NCBI GenBank assembly: GCA_040219085.1
Contig: JAVJTC010000043.1
Span: 4,481 to 68,480, forward strand
Length of the DNA: 64,000 bases
DNA from: Acidimicrobiales bacterium
GTDB taxonomy: Bacteria; Actinomycetota; Acidimicrobiia; Acidimicrobiales; JAVJTC01
Reading direction: 5' to 3'
Of this stretch, positions 25,207 through 34,643 are shown one piece after another. The position numbers and the translations under genes were made by a program. How positions within the stretch are numbered: the stretch's first letter is position 1; the number at the start of each line of letters is the position of its first letter. The notes under the pieces are model-generated. The model did no database searches, was not told where the DNA came from, and worked only from the letters and a program-made list of their open reading frames with translations.

Positions 25207-25657
25207 CCGTGCGGGCGACGTCGGCTGCGACCAGCCGCCCCAGCGGTCCCGTCGAGTACACGCTCAGATAGATCGTGGAATCGGGTCGCAACAGCAACCC
25301 GGTCGCGTGCACGAAACTGCGATCCGGCGCCAGGTGCGCCCCGAGAGTCGACGCGGCGGCCTCCGGGTCGAGGCCGTGCAGCACCGGGTAGCCGGTCAAC
25401 CGCAGCCCTGCGACGAGGTCGGCGGTGGTCGCCGCGTCGTCGACCGACGCCGCGATGATGCCGACGTCGAGTGAGTCGAGAAGTGCCGCGTGTTCAGCGA
25501 AGTCGACCAACTGCCGACGGCAGAACGATCACCAGTGGCCACGGTAGATGAGGACGGCGGCCCAGCGGCCCGCCACCGCGTCGGGAATCGTCACCGGCGC
25601 ACCCTCCTGGTCGAACACCGTGATGGCGGGCATGGGCTGATCGTTGGCGGGTCGCAT
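25181..25657 (-). CDS. AhpC/TSA-redoxin (thioredoxin-fold) protein interrupted by an in-frame TGA at the CxxC Cys: candidate selenoprotein (W-U-S-F-C) or pseudogene
   Basis: Own translation from ATG 25657 (GGGGA upstream): MRPANDQPMPAITVFDQEGAPVTIPDAVAGRWAAVLIYRGHW-[TGA 25531-25529]-SFCRRQLVDFAEHAALLDSLDVGIIAASVDD... to TAG at 25181. Both parts are in one frame. Confidence 0.6.
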
Positions 25658-25762
25658 CGTGTCCCCTGACTCGGCGGCCCTCCCAGGATCGCACGCGGGC
25701 CGTGGTCCGCGCCGCAGGTAGGATCGGCGATACGACGCCGACTCCGACGAGAAGGAGAGACC

Positions 25763-26251
25763 GTGCCGAGTTTCGACGTCACATCCGAGGTCGACCTCCA
25801 GGAGGTCCGCAACGCCGTGGACCAGGCGAGCCGTGAGGTCGTCAACCGGTTCGACTTCAAGAACACCGGCACCACGATCGAACTCGGCGACGGCGAGATC
25901 CTGATGGCGACAGCCAACGAGGACCGCCTGAGCGCTCTGCGCCAGGTTCTCGAAGAGAAGCTCGTCAAGCGCAAGGTCTCGCTCAAGGCGATCGACTACG
26001 AGACCGTCGAAGAGGCCTCGGGCGGCACCGTCCGCCAGAAAGCCACCCTCGCTGCCGGGATCTCCTCCGACAAGGCACGCGAGCTCAACCGCTTCATCAA
26101 GGACCTCAAGATGAAGGGGATCCAGTCCCAGGCACAGGGCGACCAGTTGCGGGTCACCGGCAAGAAGCGCGACCAGCTCCAGGACGTCATCGCCGCGCTC
26201 AAGGAAGCCGACTTCGGCATTCCGCTGCAGTTCGGGAACTTCAGGGACTGA
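25763..26251 (+). CDS. yajQ: YajQ family nucleotide-binding protein (UPF0234)
   Basis: 162 aa: MPSFDVTSEVDLQEVRNAVDQASREVVNRFDFKNTGTTIEL...LRVTGKKRDQLQDVIAALKEADFGIPLQFGNFRD. Confidence 0.92.
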   Translation: MPSFDVTSEVDLQEVRNAVDQASREVVNRFDFKNTGTTIELGDGEILMATANEDRLSALRQVLEEKLVKRKVSLKAIDYETVEEASGGTVRQKATLAAGISSDKARELNRFIKDLKMKGIQSQAQGDQLRVTGKKRDQLQDVIAALKEADFGIPLQFGNFRD

Positions 26252-26322
26252 GTGGCCCCGAACTCCCCACCGACCTCACCGACCGCGCGCCTCTGCCCCG
26301 TCACCTCTGCCAAGGTGGCCTC

Positions 26323-28410
26323 GTGAGAAGATCGCTGGCGGCGATGGCCGTCGTCGTCGGACTCGTCGCCGCGGGGTGCACGGTGGACCCCGGGATCGAC
26401 CTCGCCGAACAGGCGAACCCTCCCGCCGACGCGACGCCGACACCCTCGGCTGAAGACCCCATCCCCACCCCCACCCCGACACCCGACGCGAGCGGAGGCA
26501 CCCCCGAGCCCGCCGACCGCACGCGACCCGTGCCGGGCGAGGCGGCGTCCGCTGAGCTCCTGACCGACCTCGGAGAGTTCGACCGGGTCGACTGCGCGTC
26601 CTTCGACCTCGCCGATCTGGCGACGGGACCGCCGCCGTCATGTGGCCTGTTCACCGTTCCCGAGACGTGGGAGGACCCTGACGCCGACGCCACCGTCACT
26701 ATTCCCGTGGTGGTCTTCGACGCCACCGGCACAGCCCTCGACGACCCGGTCGTGTATCTCGAAGGAGGCCCGGGAGGGCATGCGGTCGAGACGATCGCAT
26801 TCTCCTACGACGTCCTCGTGGCGCCCTACCGCGACACCCGCGACGTCATCATCTACGACCAGCGGGGGGCCGGTCTGTCGAACCCGTCGCTTCAGTGCGA
26901 CGAGGCCCTGGAACTCGCACGCGACCTCCTCGACGAGGACGTCGACGAGGACGAACTGACCGAACGTGACACGGCGGCCGAGACCGCGTGTCGCGACAGA
27001 CTCCTCGACGACGGGGTGGATCTCACCAGCTACCACAGCGTCGCGAGCGCCCACGATCTCGAGGCCATGCGCCTGGCGCTCGGCTACGGGCCGTGGAACG
27101 TGTTGGGCATCTCGTACGGGACCCGGCTGGGACAGACCTATGTACGGATGTACCCCGACGCTGCGCGGGCGCTCGTTCTCGATTCGATCCTCCCGGTCGC
27201 CGCCGACACGGCATCCGTCTTCACCCCGAACGCCGCGCGCGCCTTCGAGGCGCTGTTCGACGCCTGCGAGGCCCTCGCCGACTGTGCCCGGACCTACGCC
27301 GACCTGCGAAACCGCTTCTTCGCGCTGGTGGACGCTCTCGACGCGGACCCGGTGGGCGCACCGGCCACCGACAACCTGACGGGCCAGACGTACCCGCTCG
27401 TGGTGGTCGACGGCGAGTCGCTCCTCCAGATCACATTCGGCGCTCTCTACTCCCCCGTTCTCTTCGCGGCGATACCCCAACTCGTCGCGGAACTCGAGGA
27501 GGGAACCACCGATCTGTTGTCGTCGTTCCTGTCGATCGAGGTCACCAACCTCGGCTTCACATCGGTCGGCATGCTCATCAGTGTCGAATGCCACGAAGAG
27601 ATCTCCTTCGGCGACCCCGCCGACATCGAGACCGCGCTCACCGGGGACCCCTACTACGACCGCTTCGCCGACAGCGCCAACGCCCGCCCCTTCTACGAGA
27701 CGTGCGAACGGTGGCCGGCCGGCAGCGCGCCCGCGGTCGAGAACGAGCCGGTGACGAGCGACGTACCGACCCTGCTGATGGGCGGTGCGCTGGATCCCAT
27801 CACGCCGCCGAGTGCCATCGACGACGTCGCCGAGGGATTCTCGCGGAGCTTCGGTGTGCGGTTCCGGTGGGAGGGTCACGGACCCGGCGCGGACGAATGC
27901 GGTTCATCGATCATCAGAGAGTTCTTCGACGCCCCGACGTCGGCTCCGTCAGCGCAGTGTGCGGACGCGGAACCACCCGTCTTCGTCCGGCGACCCGTCG
28001 GCGAGCTGACCCTCGAACCCGTCGTCGTGTCGGGGGCGGGGCTGGCGACCCTCGAGACGCTGGCACCGGTCGAGTGGGACAACCAGGGACTCGGCGTGTG
28101 GGCCCGCTCGGACTCACTCGCCGATCCGTCCCTGCTGGCCCAGTTCGCGTTCCCGTTCGCCATCGACCGGGAGGCCACGTTGGAGTTGACGCTCTCGTCG
28201 TTCGGCGTCGACGGCGAGCCGCGGCCCCGGACACCGCTGACAACCCCGGACGGTCAGACCTATGACCGCTGGCGGGTCGAAGCGCCCGGCGCCACATGGG
28301 ACATCGCGATCGGCGACGACACCGTGATCGCCGTGGCGGCGTACCCCGACGAGATCGACGAAGTGGTCAGCACTCTCGCACCGGTCTACGACGCCGCCTC
28401 GACGTCCTGA
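26323..28410 (+). CDS. Secreted alpha/beta hydrolase, tripeptidyl-aminopeptidase (TAP)-like lipoprotein
   Basis: 695 aa with GTG start. Signal peptide plus lipobox MRRSLAAMAVVVGLVAAGC, nucleophile elbow GISYGT, and a TAP-like C-terminal region. Confidence 0.8.
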   Translation: MRRSLAAMAVVVGLVAAGCTVDPGIDLAEQANPPADATPTPSAEDPIPTPTPTPDASGGTPEPADRTRPVPGEAASAELLTDLGEFDRVDCASFDLADLATGPPPSCGLFTVPETWEDPDADATVTIPVVVFDATGTALDDPVVYLEGGPGGHAVETIAFSYDVLVAPYRDTRDVIIYDQRGAGLSNPSLQCDEALELARDLLDEDVDEDELTERDTAAETACRDRLLDDGVDLTSYHSVASAHDLEAMRLALGYGPWNVLGISYGTRLGQTYVRMYPDAARALVLDSILPVAADTASVFTPNAARAFEALFDACEALADCARTYADLRNRFFALVDALDADPVGAPATDNLTGQTYPLVVVDGESLLQITFGALYSPVLFAAIPQLVAELEEGTTDLLSSFLSIEVTNLGFTSVGMLISVECHEEISFGDPADIETALTGDPYYDRFADSANARPFYETCERWPAGSAPAVENEPVTSDVPTLLMGGALDPITPPSAIDDVAEGFSRSFGVRFRWEGHGPGADECGSSIIREFFDAPTSAPSAQCADAEPPVFVRRPVGELTLEPVVVSGAGLATLETLAPVEWDNQGLGVWARSDSLADPSLLAQFAFPFAIDREATLELTLSSFGVDGEPRPRTPLTTPDGQTYDRWRVEAPGATWDIAIGDDTVIAVAAYPDEIDEVVSTLAPVYDAASTS

Positions 28411-28431
28411 GTCCCACCGGAGCGCGACCGG

Positions 28432-29286
28432 TCAGATGCTGCGGGCCCACTCACCCGAGCGGAGCCGGGCCACCCGGTCTTCGAGCGGCGGGTGCGTGCT
28501 GAACCAGTTCGCGAACTGCACGCGGCGGCCGGCCAGAGGGTTCACGATGTAGTGCGAGGCCTGCTCGCTCGCCACGGCAGCGGGGATGCGGCCCGACAGG
28601 TAGCCCAGCTTCTCGAGCGCACGGGCGAGCGGTTCGCCGTCGCCGATGAGCCGCGCGGCGGTGCGGTCCGCCTTGTACTCACGTGTCCGGCTGATGGCCG
28701 ACTGCAGCACCATCGCGGCGAGCGGCGCCACGATGATGGTGACGAGCATCACGATGGGGTTCTGGTCACGGTTGCGGCTGTTGCCGAACATCGCCCCCCA
28801 CATCGCCATCCGGGCGAGCAGCGTGAGGGCCATGGCGATGGCCGCCGCAACCGACCCGATGAGGATGTCGCGATTGCGGATGTGCATCAGCTCGTGGGCG
28901 AGTACGCCGCGGATCTCGCTCCATTCGAGGTGGCGGACCAGCCCCTCGGTGATGGCGACCGCCGCATGCGACGGGTTGCGGCCGGTGGCGAAGGCATTGG
29001 GCTGATCTCCCGGCGCCACGTAGAGCTTGGGCATGGGGAGGTCCGCCTTGGCGGTCAACTCCTCCATGATCTCGTAGTACTCGGGCATCTCGGCACGCTC
29101 GACGGGACGCGCGCGGGCGGAGCGGATGGCCAACTTGTCCGAAAACCAGTAGGAGCCGCCCACCAGCACCAGACCGAGGCCGGCACCGATGACGAGGCCG
29201 CTGGAGCCGCCGATCGCGCCGCCTAGTGCGATGAAGAGGCCACCGAGGGCCGCCAGTAGGACGAAGGTCTTGAACGTGTTCTTCAT
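28432..29286 (-). CDS. htpX: Zinc metalloprotease HtpX
   Basis: 284 aa with TM helices and [10 protein letters not shown] (HExxH). GAAGGAGGA Shine-Dalgarno upstream. Confidence 0.93.
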   Translation of the reverse strand: MKNTFKTFVLLAALGGLFIALGGAIGGSSGLVIGAGLGLVLVGGSYWFSDKLAIRSARARPVERAEMPEYYEIMEELTAKADLPMPKLYVAPGDQPNAFATGRNPSHAAVAITEGLVRHLEWSEIRGVLAHELMHIRNRDILIGSVAAAIAMALTLLARMAMWGAMFGNSRNRDQNPIVMLVTIIVAPLAAMVLQSAISRTREYKADRTAARLIGDGEPLARALEKLGYLSGRIPAAVASEQASHYIVNPLAGRRVQFANWFSTHPPLEDRVARLRSGEWARSI

Positions 29287-29390
29287 GGTCGGTCGGGGGT
29301 CCTCCTTCGGACCTCTACAACGCTAACCGAGACCGGTGTTGTTCCCGGTCGCGCCCGGAATCGCAACTGTCGTCCGTCCCGGCGCCGACC

Positions 29391-29885
29391 TCAGTCGTAG
29401 TAGCCGGAGTGGTGGTACATCGTCGGCAGGCCCTCAGCCCGGAACATCTCCACGTTGCGTTCGTCGTCGTCGATCGCGAGGAGAAGGTCGAAGTCCCGCG
29501 CCCGCATCGCGGCCACCTCGTCACGCTTGAACTGCGACGAGCGCATGAAGGCCTGCGCAGGTGAGCGGGTGACGAGCAGGTCCCAGCGGATGTGGTGGCG
29601 AACGAGCCAGTCGGCGGTCATCGAGGCGACCCAGTGCGGCCGCGCGGTCAACAACAGGACCGCGACATCGGCATCGACCACCGACAGGAACGACACCGTC
29701 GCGTCGATGGGTGGATCGTCACGGCACGCCGCGAAGAACCCGTCCCAGTCGCGGCGATCCGCGCGCAGATACCACTGCCGGTGGGTGGCATCGGCAACGA
29801 CGCCGTCGATGTCGACGACGATCGCGGGCCCACCTCGGAGAGCCCCGTCGGCCCAGATCCAGTGGTCCGGAGTGTCGGGGCTCAG
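29391..29885 (-). CDS. HAD-superfamily phosphatase-like protein; start codon unresolved
   Basis: The track ORF 29391..29696 begins at GTG. The same frame is open upstream to 29960 and encodes the catalytic motif I: WIWADGALRGGPAIVVDIDGVVADATHRQW. There is no ATG/GTG/TTG between the in-frame stop (29961-29963) and 29696. The 5' end given here (CTG 29885) is provisional. Confidence 0.5.
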   Translation of the reverse strand: MSPDTPDHWIWADGALRGGPAIVVDIDGVVADATHRQWYLRADRRDWDGFFAACRDDPPIDATVSFLSVVDADVAVLLLTARPHWVASMTADWLVRHHIRWDLLVTRSPAQAFMRSSQFKRDEVAAMRARDFDLLLAIDDDERNVEMFRAEGLPTMYHHSGYYD

Positions 29886-31885
29886 GATCCGCCGTCCCCG
29901 GGTGAGGAGGCCCGCCGCCGGATCTCGTCGACGACACCGCTGTCGGCGAGGGTCGTCGTGTCACCGAGGTCACGGTCCTCGACGACGTCGCGCAAGAGCC
30001 GTCGCATGATCTTGCCGGAGCGGGTCTTGGGGAGGTCCGGAACGATCACGACCGTGCGGGGCCGGGCGATCGCACCGAGCTTGTGGGCCACGTGGGACCG
30101 GATCTCCTCACCGAGTTCATCGGACGGTTCGTTGCCGCCGCGCAGGATCACGTATCCGACGATGGCCTGGCCGGTCCGGGCGTCGCTGGCGCCCACGACG
30201 GCCGCCTCTGCGACAGCGGGGTGGTCGACGAGCGCCGACTCGACCTCCGTCGTCGAGATGCGGTGACCGGAGACGTTCATGACGTCGTCGACGCGTCCGA
30301 GCAGCCAGAGGTACCCGTCGGAGTCGATCTTCGCCCCGTCACCGGCGAAGTAGCGGCCCTCGTAGCGTGACCAGTAGGTCTGGCGGTACCGGGCCGGGTC
30401 ACCCCAGATGCCGCGCAGCATCGACGGCCACGGCTTCGTGATCGTCAGGTAGCCACCACCGCGTTCGACCTTCTCACCCAACTCGTCGACGACCTCGACG
30501 AAGACCCCCGGGATGGGTTCACACGCCGAACCGGGCCGAGTCGTGGTGACACCGGGGAGGGGGGTGATCATGTGACCGCCGGTCTCGGTCTGCCACCACG
30601 TGTCGACGATCGGGCACGATTCACCACCGATGTTGGCGTGGTACCACATCCACGCCTCCGGATTGATCGGTTCGCCGACCGTGCCGAGGACCCGCAGGGA
30701 GGAGAGGTCACGACCCGCCGGCCAGTGCGCGCCCCAGCGCATGAACGTCCGGATGGCGGTCGGCGCGGTGTAGAGCTGTGTGACGCCGTACCGCTCGACG
30801 ATGTCCCACAGCCGGTCCTTGGCCCACTCCCCGCGGTCGGAGCCGTCGCGCATCTCGGTCCGCGGGGTGTCCGGGGTGCCCTCGTACATCACCGAGGTCG
30901 CACCGTTGGCGAGCGGACCGTAGACGATGTAGCTGTGGCCGGTCACCCAGCCGATGTCGGCGGCACACCAGTAGACGTCGGTGTCGGGGCGCAGGTCGAA
31001 CACGTAGCGGTGGGTGAAGGCGACCTGGGTCAGGTAGCCACCGGTTGTGTGCATGATGCCCTTGGGAGACGCCGTGGTTCCCGAGGTGTAGAGCAGGTAG
31101 AGCAGGTCCTCGGCGCCCATGCGCTCCGGCTCGCACGTCTCCGCCGCGTCGGCGACGACGTCGTGCCACCACACGTCACGGCCCTCCACCATCGTCGGGG
31201 CGGTGCCGCACCGGTCCACCACGACGACGTGTTCCACCGAAGGCGCGCCGCCCGAGGCCAGTGCCTCGTCGACGTTCACCTTGAGCGCCGACGGGGCGCC
31301 GCGGCGGTAGCCGGCGTCTGCGGTGATGATCAGCCTGGCCTGCGCGTCGGCGCAGCGGTCGACGATCGCATCGGGCGAGAATCCGCCGAAGATCACCGAG
31401 TGAGCCACGCCGATCCGGCTGCAGGCGAGCATCGCGACGGGCAACTCGGGGATCATCGGCATGTAGATCGCGACCCGGTCCCCGCGAACCAGGCCGAGCC
31501 CCTTCAGCGCGTTGGCGAATCGGCAGACGTCGGCGAGAAGGCCTGAGTACGTGATCGTGCGGGTGTCACCCGGCTCGCCCTCCCAGTGGAAGGCGACCCG
31601 GTCGCCCCCACCGGCCTCGACGTGGCGGTCCAGGCAGTTGTAGGACATGTTCAGCGTCCCGTCGGCGAACCAGCGCGCGTCGGGACAGTCCCACTCCAGC
31701 ACGGTCGAGAAGTCGTCGTACCAGCTGACCAGTTCGCGAGCCTGACGTGCCCAGAAGGCCTCGAAGTCGGCGGTCGCCTCCTCGTAGAGCGACCGGTCCG
31801 ACACCAGCGCCGAGGACGCGAAGTCCGCGGGGGGCGGGAACTCCCGGCGTTCGTCCTCGAACGTCCCGATCGTGGCGTCACTCAT
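29882..31885 (-). CDS. acs: Acetyl-CoA synthetase
   Basis: 667 aa from Met 84 of ORF 29882..32134: MSDATIGTFEDERREFPPPADFASSALV... Contains YTSGTTASPKG, WWQTETGG and PKTRSGKIMRR. Confidence 0.96.
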   Translation of the reverse strand: MSDATIGTFEDERREFPPPADFASSALVSDRSLYEEATADFEAFWARQARELVSWYDDFSTVLEWDCPDARWFADGTLNMSYNCLDRHVEAGGGDRVAFHWEGEPGDTRTITYSGLLADVCRFANALKGLGLVRGDRVAIYMPMIPELPVAMLACSRIGVAHSVIFGGFSPDAIVDRCADAQARLIITADAGYRRGAPSALKVNVDEALASGGAPSVEHVVVVDRCGTAPTMVEGRDVWWHDVVADAAETCEPERMGAEDLLYLLYTSGTTASPKGIMHTTGGYLTQVAFTHRYVFDLRPDTDVYWCAADIGWVTGHSYIVYGPLANGATSVMYEGTPDTPRTEMRDGSDRGEWAKDRLWDIVERYGVTQLYTAPTAIRTFMRWGAHWPAGRDLSSLRVLGTVGEPINPEAWMWYHANIGGESCPIVDTWWQTETGGHMITPLPGVTTTRPGSACEPIPGVFVEVVDELGEKVERGGGYLTITKPWPSMLRGIWGDPARYRQTYWSRYEGRYFAGDGAKIDSDGYLWLLGRVDDVMNVSGHRISTTEVESALVDHPAVAEAAVVGASDARTGQAIVGYVILRGGNEPSDELGEEIRSHVAHKLGAIARPRTVVIVPDLPKTRSGKIMRRLLRDVVEDRDLGDTTTLADSGVVDEIRRRASSPGDGGS

Positions 31886-31963
31886 CTGGCATGTCTCCCC
31901 GGTGGTCCGTCGTTGCCCGGACCGCGACACTACCGTCCGCCCGGATTCCATAGGATCCCCGGT

Positions 31964-32815
31964 GTGCAACCCGCTCTGGACGCTGTCATCGCCCTGCTCG
32001 ACCTCGAAGCGATCGAGGTCAACATCTTCCGTGGTGTGAGCCCCGACGAGAACCGACAACGTGTCTTCGGGGGGCAGGTGGCCGGTCAGGCGCTGGTCGC
32101 GGCGGCGCGCACCGTCGAGGACTCCCTCGTCCATTCGCTACACGCCTATTTCCTGCGGGCCGGCGACCCGGCCGTCCCGATCCTCTACGAGGTCGAGCGC
32201 ACCCGCGATGGCCGCTCGTTCACCACCCGCCGGGTGACCGCGATCCAGCACGGCCGGGCCATCTTCACGATGTCGGCGTCGTTCCACCGCGACGAGGAGG
32301 GCTTCACCCACCAGGATCCGATGCCCGGAGCTCCCCCACCGGAGGAGGTGCCGACCTTCAAGGAGGAATGGAAGCCCTACCGCGACCAACTCGGGGCGCT
32401 CTACGACAGGGACCTCGCGATCGACGTGCGGTACGCAAAGGGGTCGATGACCGCACGCGACGAACCGCACGAGCCGCACGTCCAGGTCTGGCTGCGCGCC
32501 GACGGGGAACTGGGCGACGACCCGGTCCTGCACACGTGCCTGTTCACATACGCCTCCGACCTCACCCTGCTCGACACGACGACGCTCCCCCACTGCCGCG
32601 GCGCCTTCGACCCGTCCGTACAGATGGCCAGCCTGGATCACGCCATGTGGTTCCACCGACCGTTCCGGATGGACGACTGGCTGCTCTACGACCAACGGTC
32701 CCCGTCGGCATCGGGCGCCCGGGGCCTGGCCACCGGATCCGTCTTCACCCGGGAGGGCGACCTCGTCGTCTCGGTCGTGCAGGAGGGACTCATCCGCCCT
32801 GTCGAGGACCGATGA
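31964..32815 (+). CDS. tesB: Acyl-CoA thioesterase II
   Basis: 283 aa from GTG 31964: VQPALDAVIALLDLEAIEVNIFRGVSPDENRQRVFGGQVAGQAL...SLDHAMWFHRPFRMDDWLLY. Confidence 0.9.
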   Translation: MQPALDAVIALLDLEAIEVNIFRGVSPDENRQRVFGGQVAGQALVAAARTVEDSLVHSLHAYFLRAGDPAVPILYEVERTRDGRSFTTRRVTAIQHGRAIFTMSASFHRDEEGFTHQDPMPGAPPPEEVPTFKEEWKPYRDQLGALYDRDLAIDVRYAKGSMTARDEPHEPHVQVWLRADGELGDDPVLHTCLFTYASDLTLLDTTTLPHCRGAFDPSVQMASLDHAMWFHRPFRMDDWLLYDQRSPSASGARGLATGSVFTREGDLVVSVVQEGLIRPVEDR

Positions 32816-34155
32816 GGCGCTACGCACCGCTCGTCCTCGCAGGCGCACTCATGGCGGCTGCATGCTCCGGCGACGACGGAGCCGCTCCGGCCGTTCCCGA
32901 AGAGGGCTTCACGGTGTTGTCGCCGCCTGCTGTGTCCTCGCCGCCTGCTGTGTCCTCGCCGCCTGCGGCGGACCCACCCACCCCGGATGGAGGGGACGGA
33001 GAGGCGGACCAGCCCACGCCGGATGGACCAGACGGAGAGGCGGACCAGCCCACCCCCACGCCGTCGACCACGGCGGAGCCGGTGGCGGTCCCCACGGAGT
33101 TGCCGGCGATCGCGTTGAGCTTCGTCGAGGTCGCCCGCCTGGACGCCCCCACCGCGGTCCGCACCCGCACCGGGTCCACCTCGCTGTACGTGGCCGAACG
33201 GGCCGGGCGACTGGTCGAGCTGGCCGGTGACGACCTCGTTCCCCGGACCACACCGGTTCTCGACATCTCCGGAGAGGTCTCGACCGACGGCGAACGCGGC
33301 TTCCTCGGCTTCGACTTCTCCACCGACGGCGCCCTCGTGTGGACGATGCACAACGACCTCGACGGCACGTCGGTCGTCACCGAATGGGCACTGGACGATG
33401 ACGGCCTCGTCGACCTGCCGACGAGACGGGAGCTCCTGCGGGTCGACCAGCCGTTCTCAAACCACAACGGTGGCGACGTGCACCGGGGACCCGACGGCCA
33501 CCTCTACATCGGGCTCGGCGACGGTGGCGGTAGTGGGGACCCGGAGCGCAACGGTCAGAACCCGACGACTCTGCTGGGCACCCTCCTGCGGATCGACCCC
33601 ACCCCTGACGACGACCGTGCCTACTCGATCCCGCCCGACAACCCTTTCGTCGCGGGAGGCGGCGCCCCCCAGGTCTGGGCCTACGGCCTGCGCAATCCCT
33701 GGCGCTTCTCCTTCGACTCCGCCACCGCCGACCTCTGGATCGGCGATGTCGGGCAGAACCTGTACGAGGAGATCGACCTGCTACCTGCTGCCGACGGCGG
33801 CGGACGGGGCGCCAACCTCGGCTGGAACGACCTCGAGGGTGATCAGCCGTTCGCGGCCGAGACCGCACCGGAGGACCACATCGCTCCGGTCGTGGTCTAC
33901 GACCACAGTGCCGGACGGTGCTCGGTGACCGGTGGGTTCGTCTACCGGGGCGAAGCCATCCCCGCGCTCGACGGGGTCTACGTGTTCGGGGACCTCTGCG
34001 ACGGGGTCGTCCGCGGCTACGCGCCCGGTCTCGGTGTGGCGCCCCTGAACCTCCGGGCCCTCGGCGCGTCGCTCATCTCGTTCGGCCTCGATCGCGACGG
34101 CGAGCTGCTCACCCTCGGCAGCGACGGCCGGATCCACCGGATAGTCGCCGGGTGA
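32812..34155 (+). CDS. PQQ-dependent sugar (glucose/sorbosone) dehydrogenase-like lipoprotein
   Basis: 447 aa; the ATG overlaps the tesB stop (ATGA). Lipobox LMAAAC, a Pro/Asp-rich repeat linker, and beta-propeller motifs NHNGGDVHRGPDGHLYIGLGDGG and YGLRNPWRFSFD. Confidence 0.85.
   Translation: MRRYAPLVLAGALMAAACSGDDGAAPAVPEEGFTVLSPPAVSSPPAVSSPPAADPPTPDGGDGEADQPTPDGPDGEADQPTPTPSTTAEPVAVPTELPAIALSFVEVARLDAPTAVRTRTGSTSLYVAERAGRLVELAGDDLVPRTTPVLDISGEVSTDGERGFLGFDFSTDGALVWTMHNDLDGTSVVTEWALDDDGLVDLPTRRELLRVDQPFSNHNGGDVHRGPDGHLYIGLGDGGGSGDPERNGQNPTTLLGTLLRIDPTPDDDRAYSIPPDNPFVAGGGAPQVWAYGLRNPWRFSFDSATADLWIGDVGQNLYEEIDLLPAADGGGRGANLGWNDLEGDQPFAAETAPEDHIAPVVVYDHSAGRCSVTGGFVYRGEAIPALDGVYVFGDLCDGVVRGYAPGLGVAPLNLRALGASLISFGLDRDGELLTLGSDGRIHRIVAG
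32920..33054. repeat. Two short in-frame tandem repeats in the lipoprotein linker (18 nt x2.6; 36 nt x2)
   Basis: tcgccgcctgctgtgtcc repeats from 32920 (SPPAVS units). ccggatgg-N6-gacggagaggcggaccagcccac repeats at 32983 and 33019 (PDGxDGEADQPT units). Confidence 0.85.
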
Positions 34156-34162
34156 CCGATCC

Positions 34163-34603
34163 TCACGACACCCGGTAGCGGTACACGTTCGTCTCTCGGA
34201 CCTCGAAACCGAGCCGTCGGTACAGCCGATTGGCGGCCTCACGGCTCGGTCGTGACGTGAGGTCGACGGTCGTCGCGCCGGCTGCGGCGGCGCGCTCCAG
34301 CGCCGCGCGGTTCAGCGCCGCTCCCACGCCCCCGCCGCGTGCCGCCTCGTCCACCACGACGTCTTCGATCCAGGCCCGGACACCGGTCGGGATCCGGAAC
34401 AGCACGAGCGTGAGGCTCCCGGAGACCTCGCCGTCCACCTCGGCGACGAACAGCACGGAAGCATCCGACGCGACGATGGCCGTCAACTCCGCCTCCCCGG
34501 GCGGGGGAGCCGAAGACGAGAGTTGGGGGATCAGGCGGGCGAAAGCTGCGACCAGCGCGTCGTCGACCTCCGAGGGCGATGTGATCTCACGTACTGCGAC
34601 CAT
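34163..34603 (-). CDS. GNAT family N-acetyltransferase
   Basis: 146 aa containing AWIEDVVVDEAARGGGVGAALNRAALERAAAAGATTVDLTSRPSREAANRLYRRLGF. Confidence 0.85.
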   Translation of the reverse strand: MVAVREITSPSEVDDALVAAFARLIPQLSSSAPPPGEAELTAIVASDASVLFVAEVDGEVSGSLTLVLFRIPTGVRAWIEDVVVDEAARGGGVGAALNRAALERAAAAGATTVDLTSRPSREAANRLYRRLGFEVRETNVYRYRVS

Positions 34604-34643
34604 GACGGCAGGTTAGAGCCACCCGACGACGCCGGTAGCGTGG

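Noticed and set aside
29870-29900. Programmed -1 frameshift fusing Acs to the downstream HAD-like domain
   Set aside because: The HAD frame is -1 relative to acs, but the sequence before the acs stop (UCA CCC GGG GAC GGC GGA UCC UGA) lacks an X XXY YYZ slippery heptamer. No obvious downstream pseudoknot was seen.
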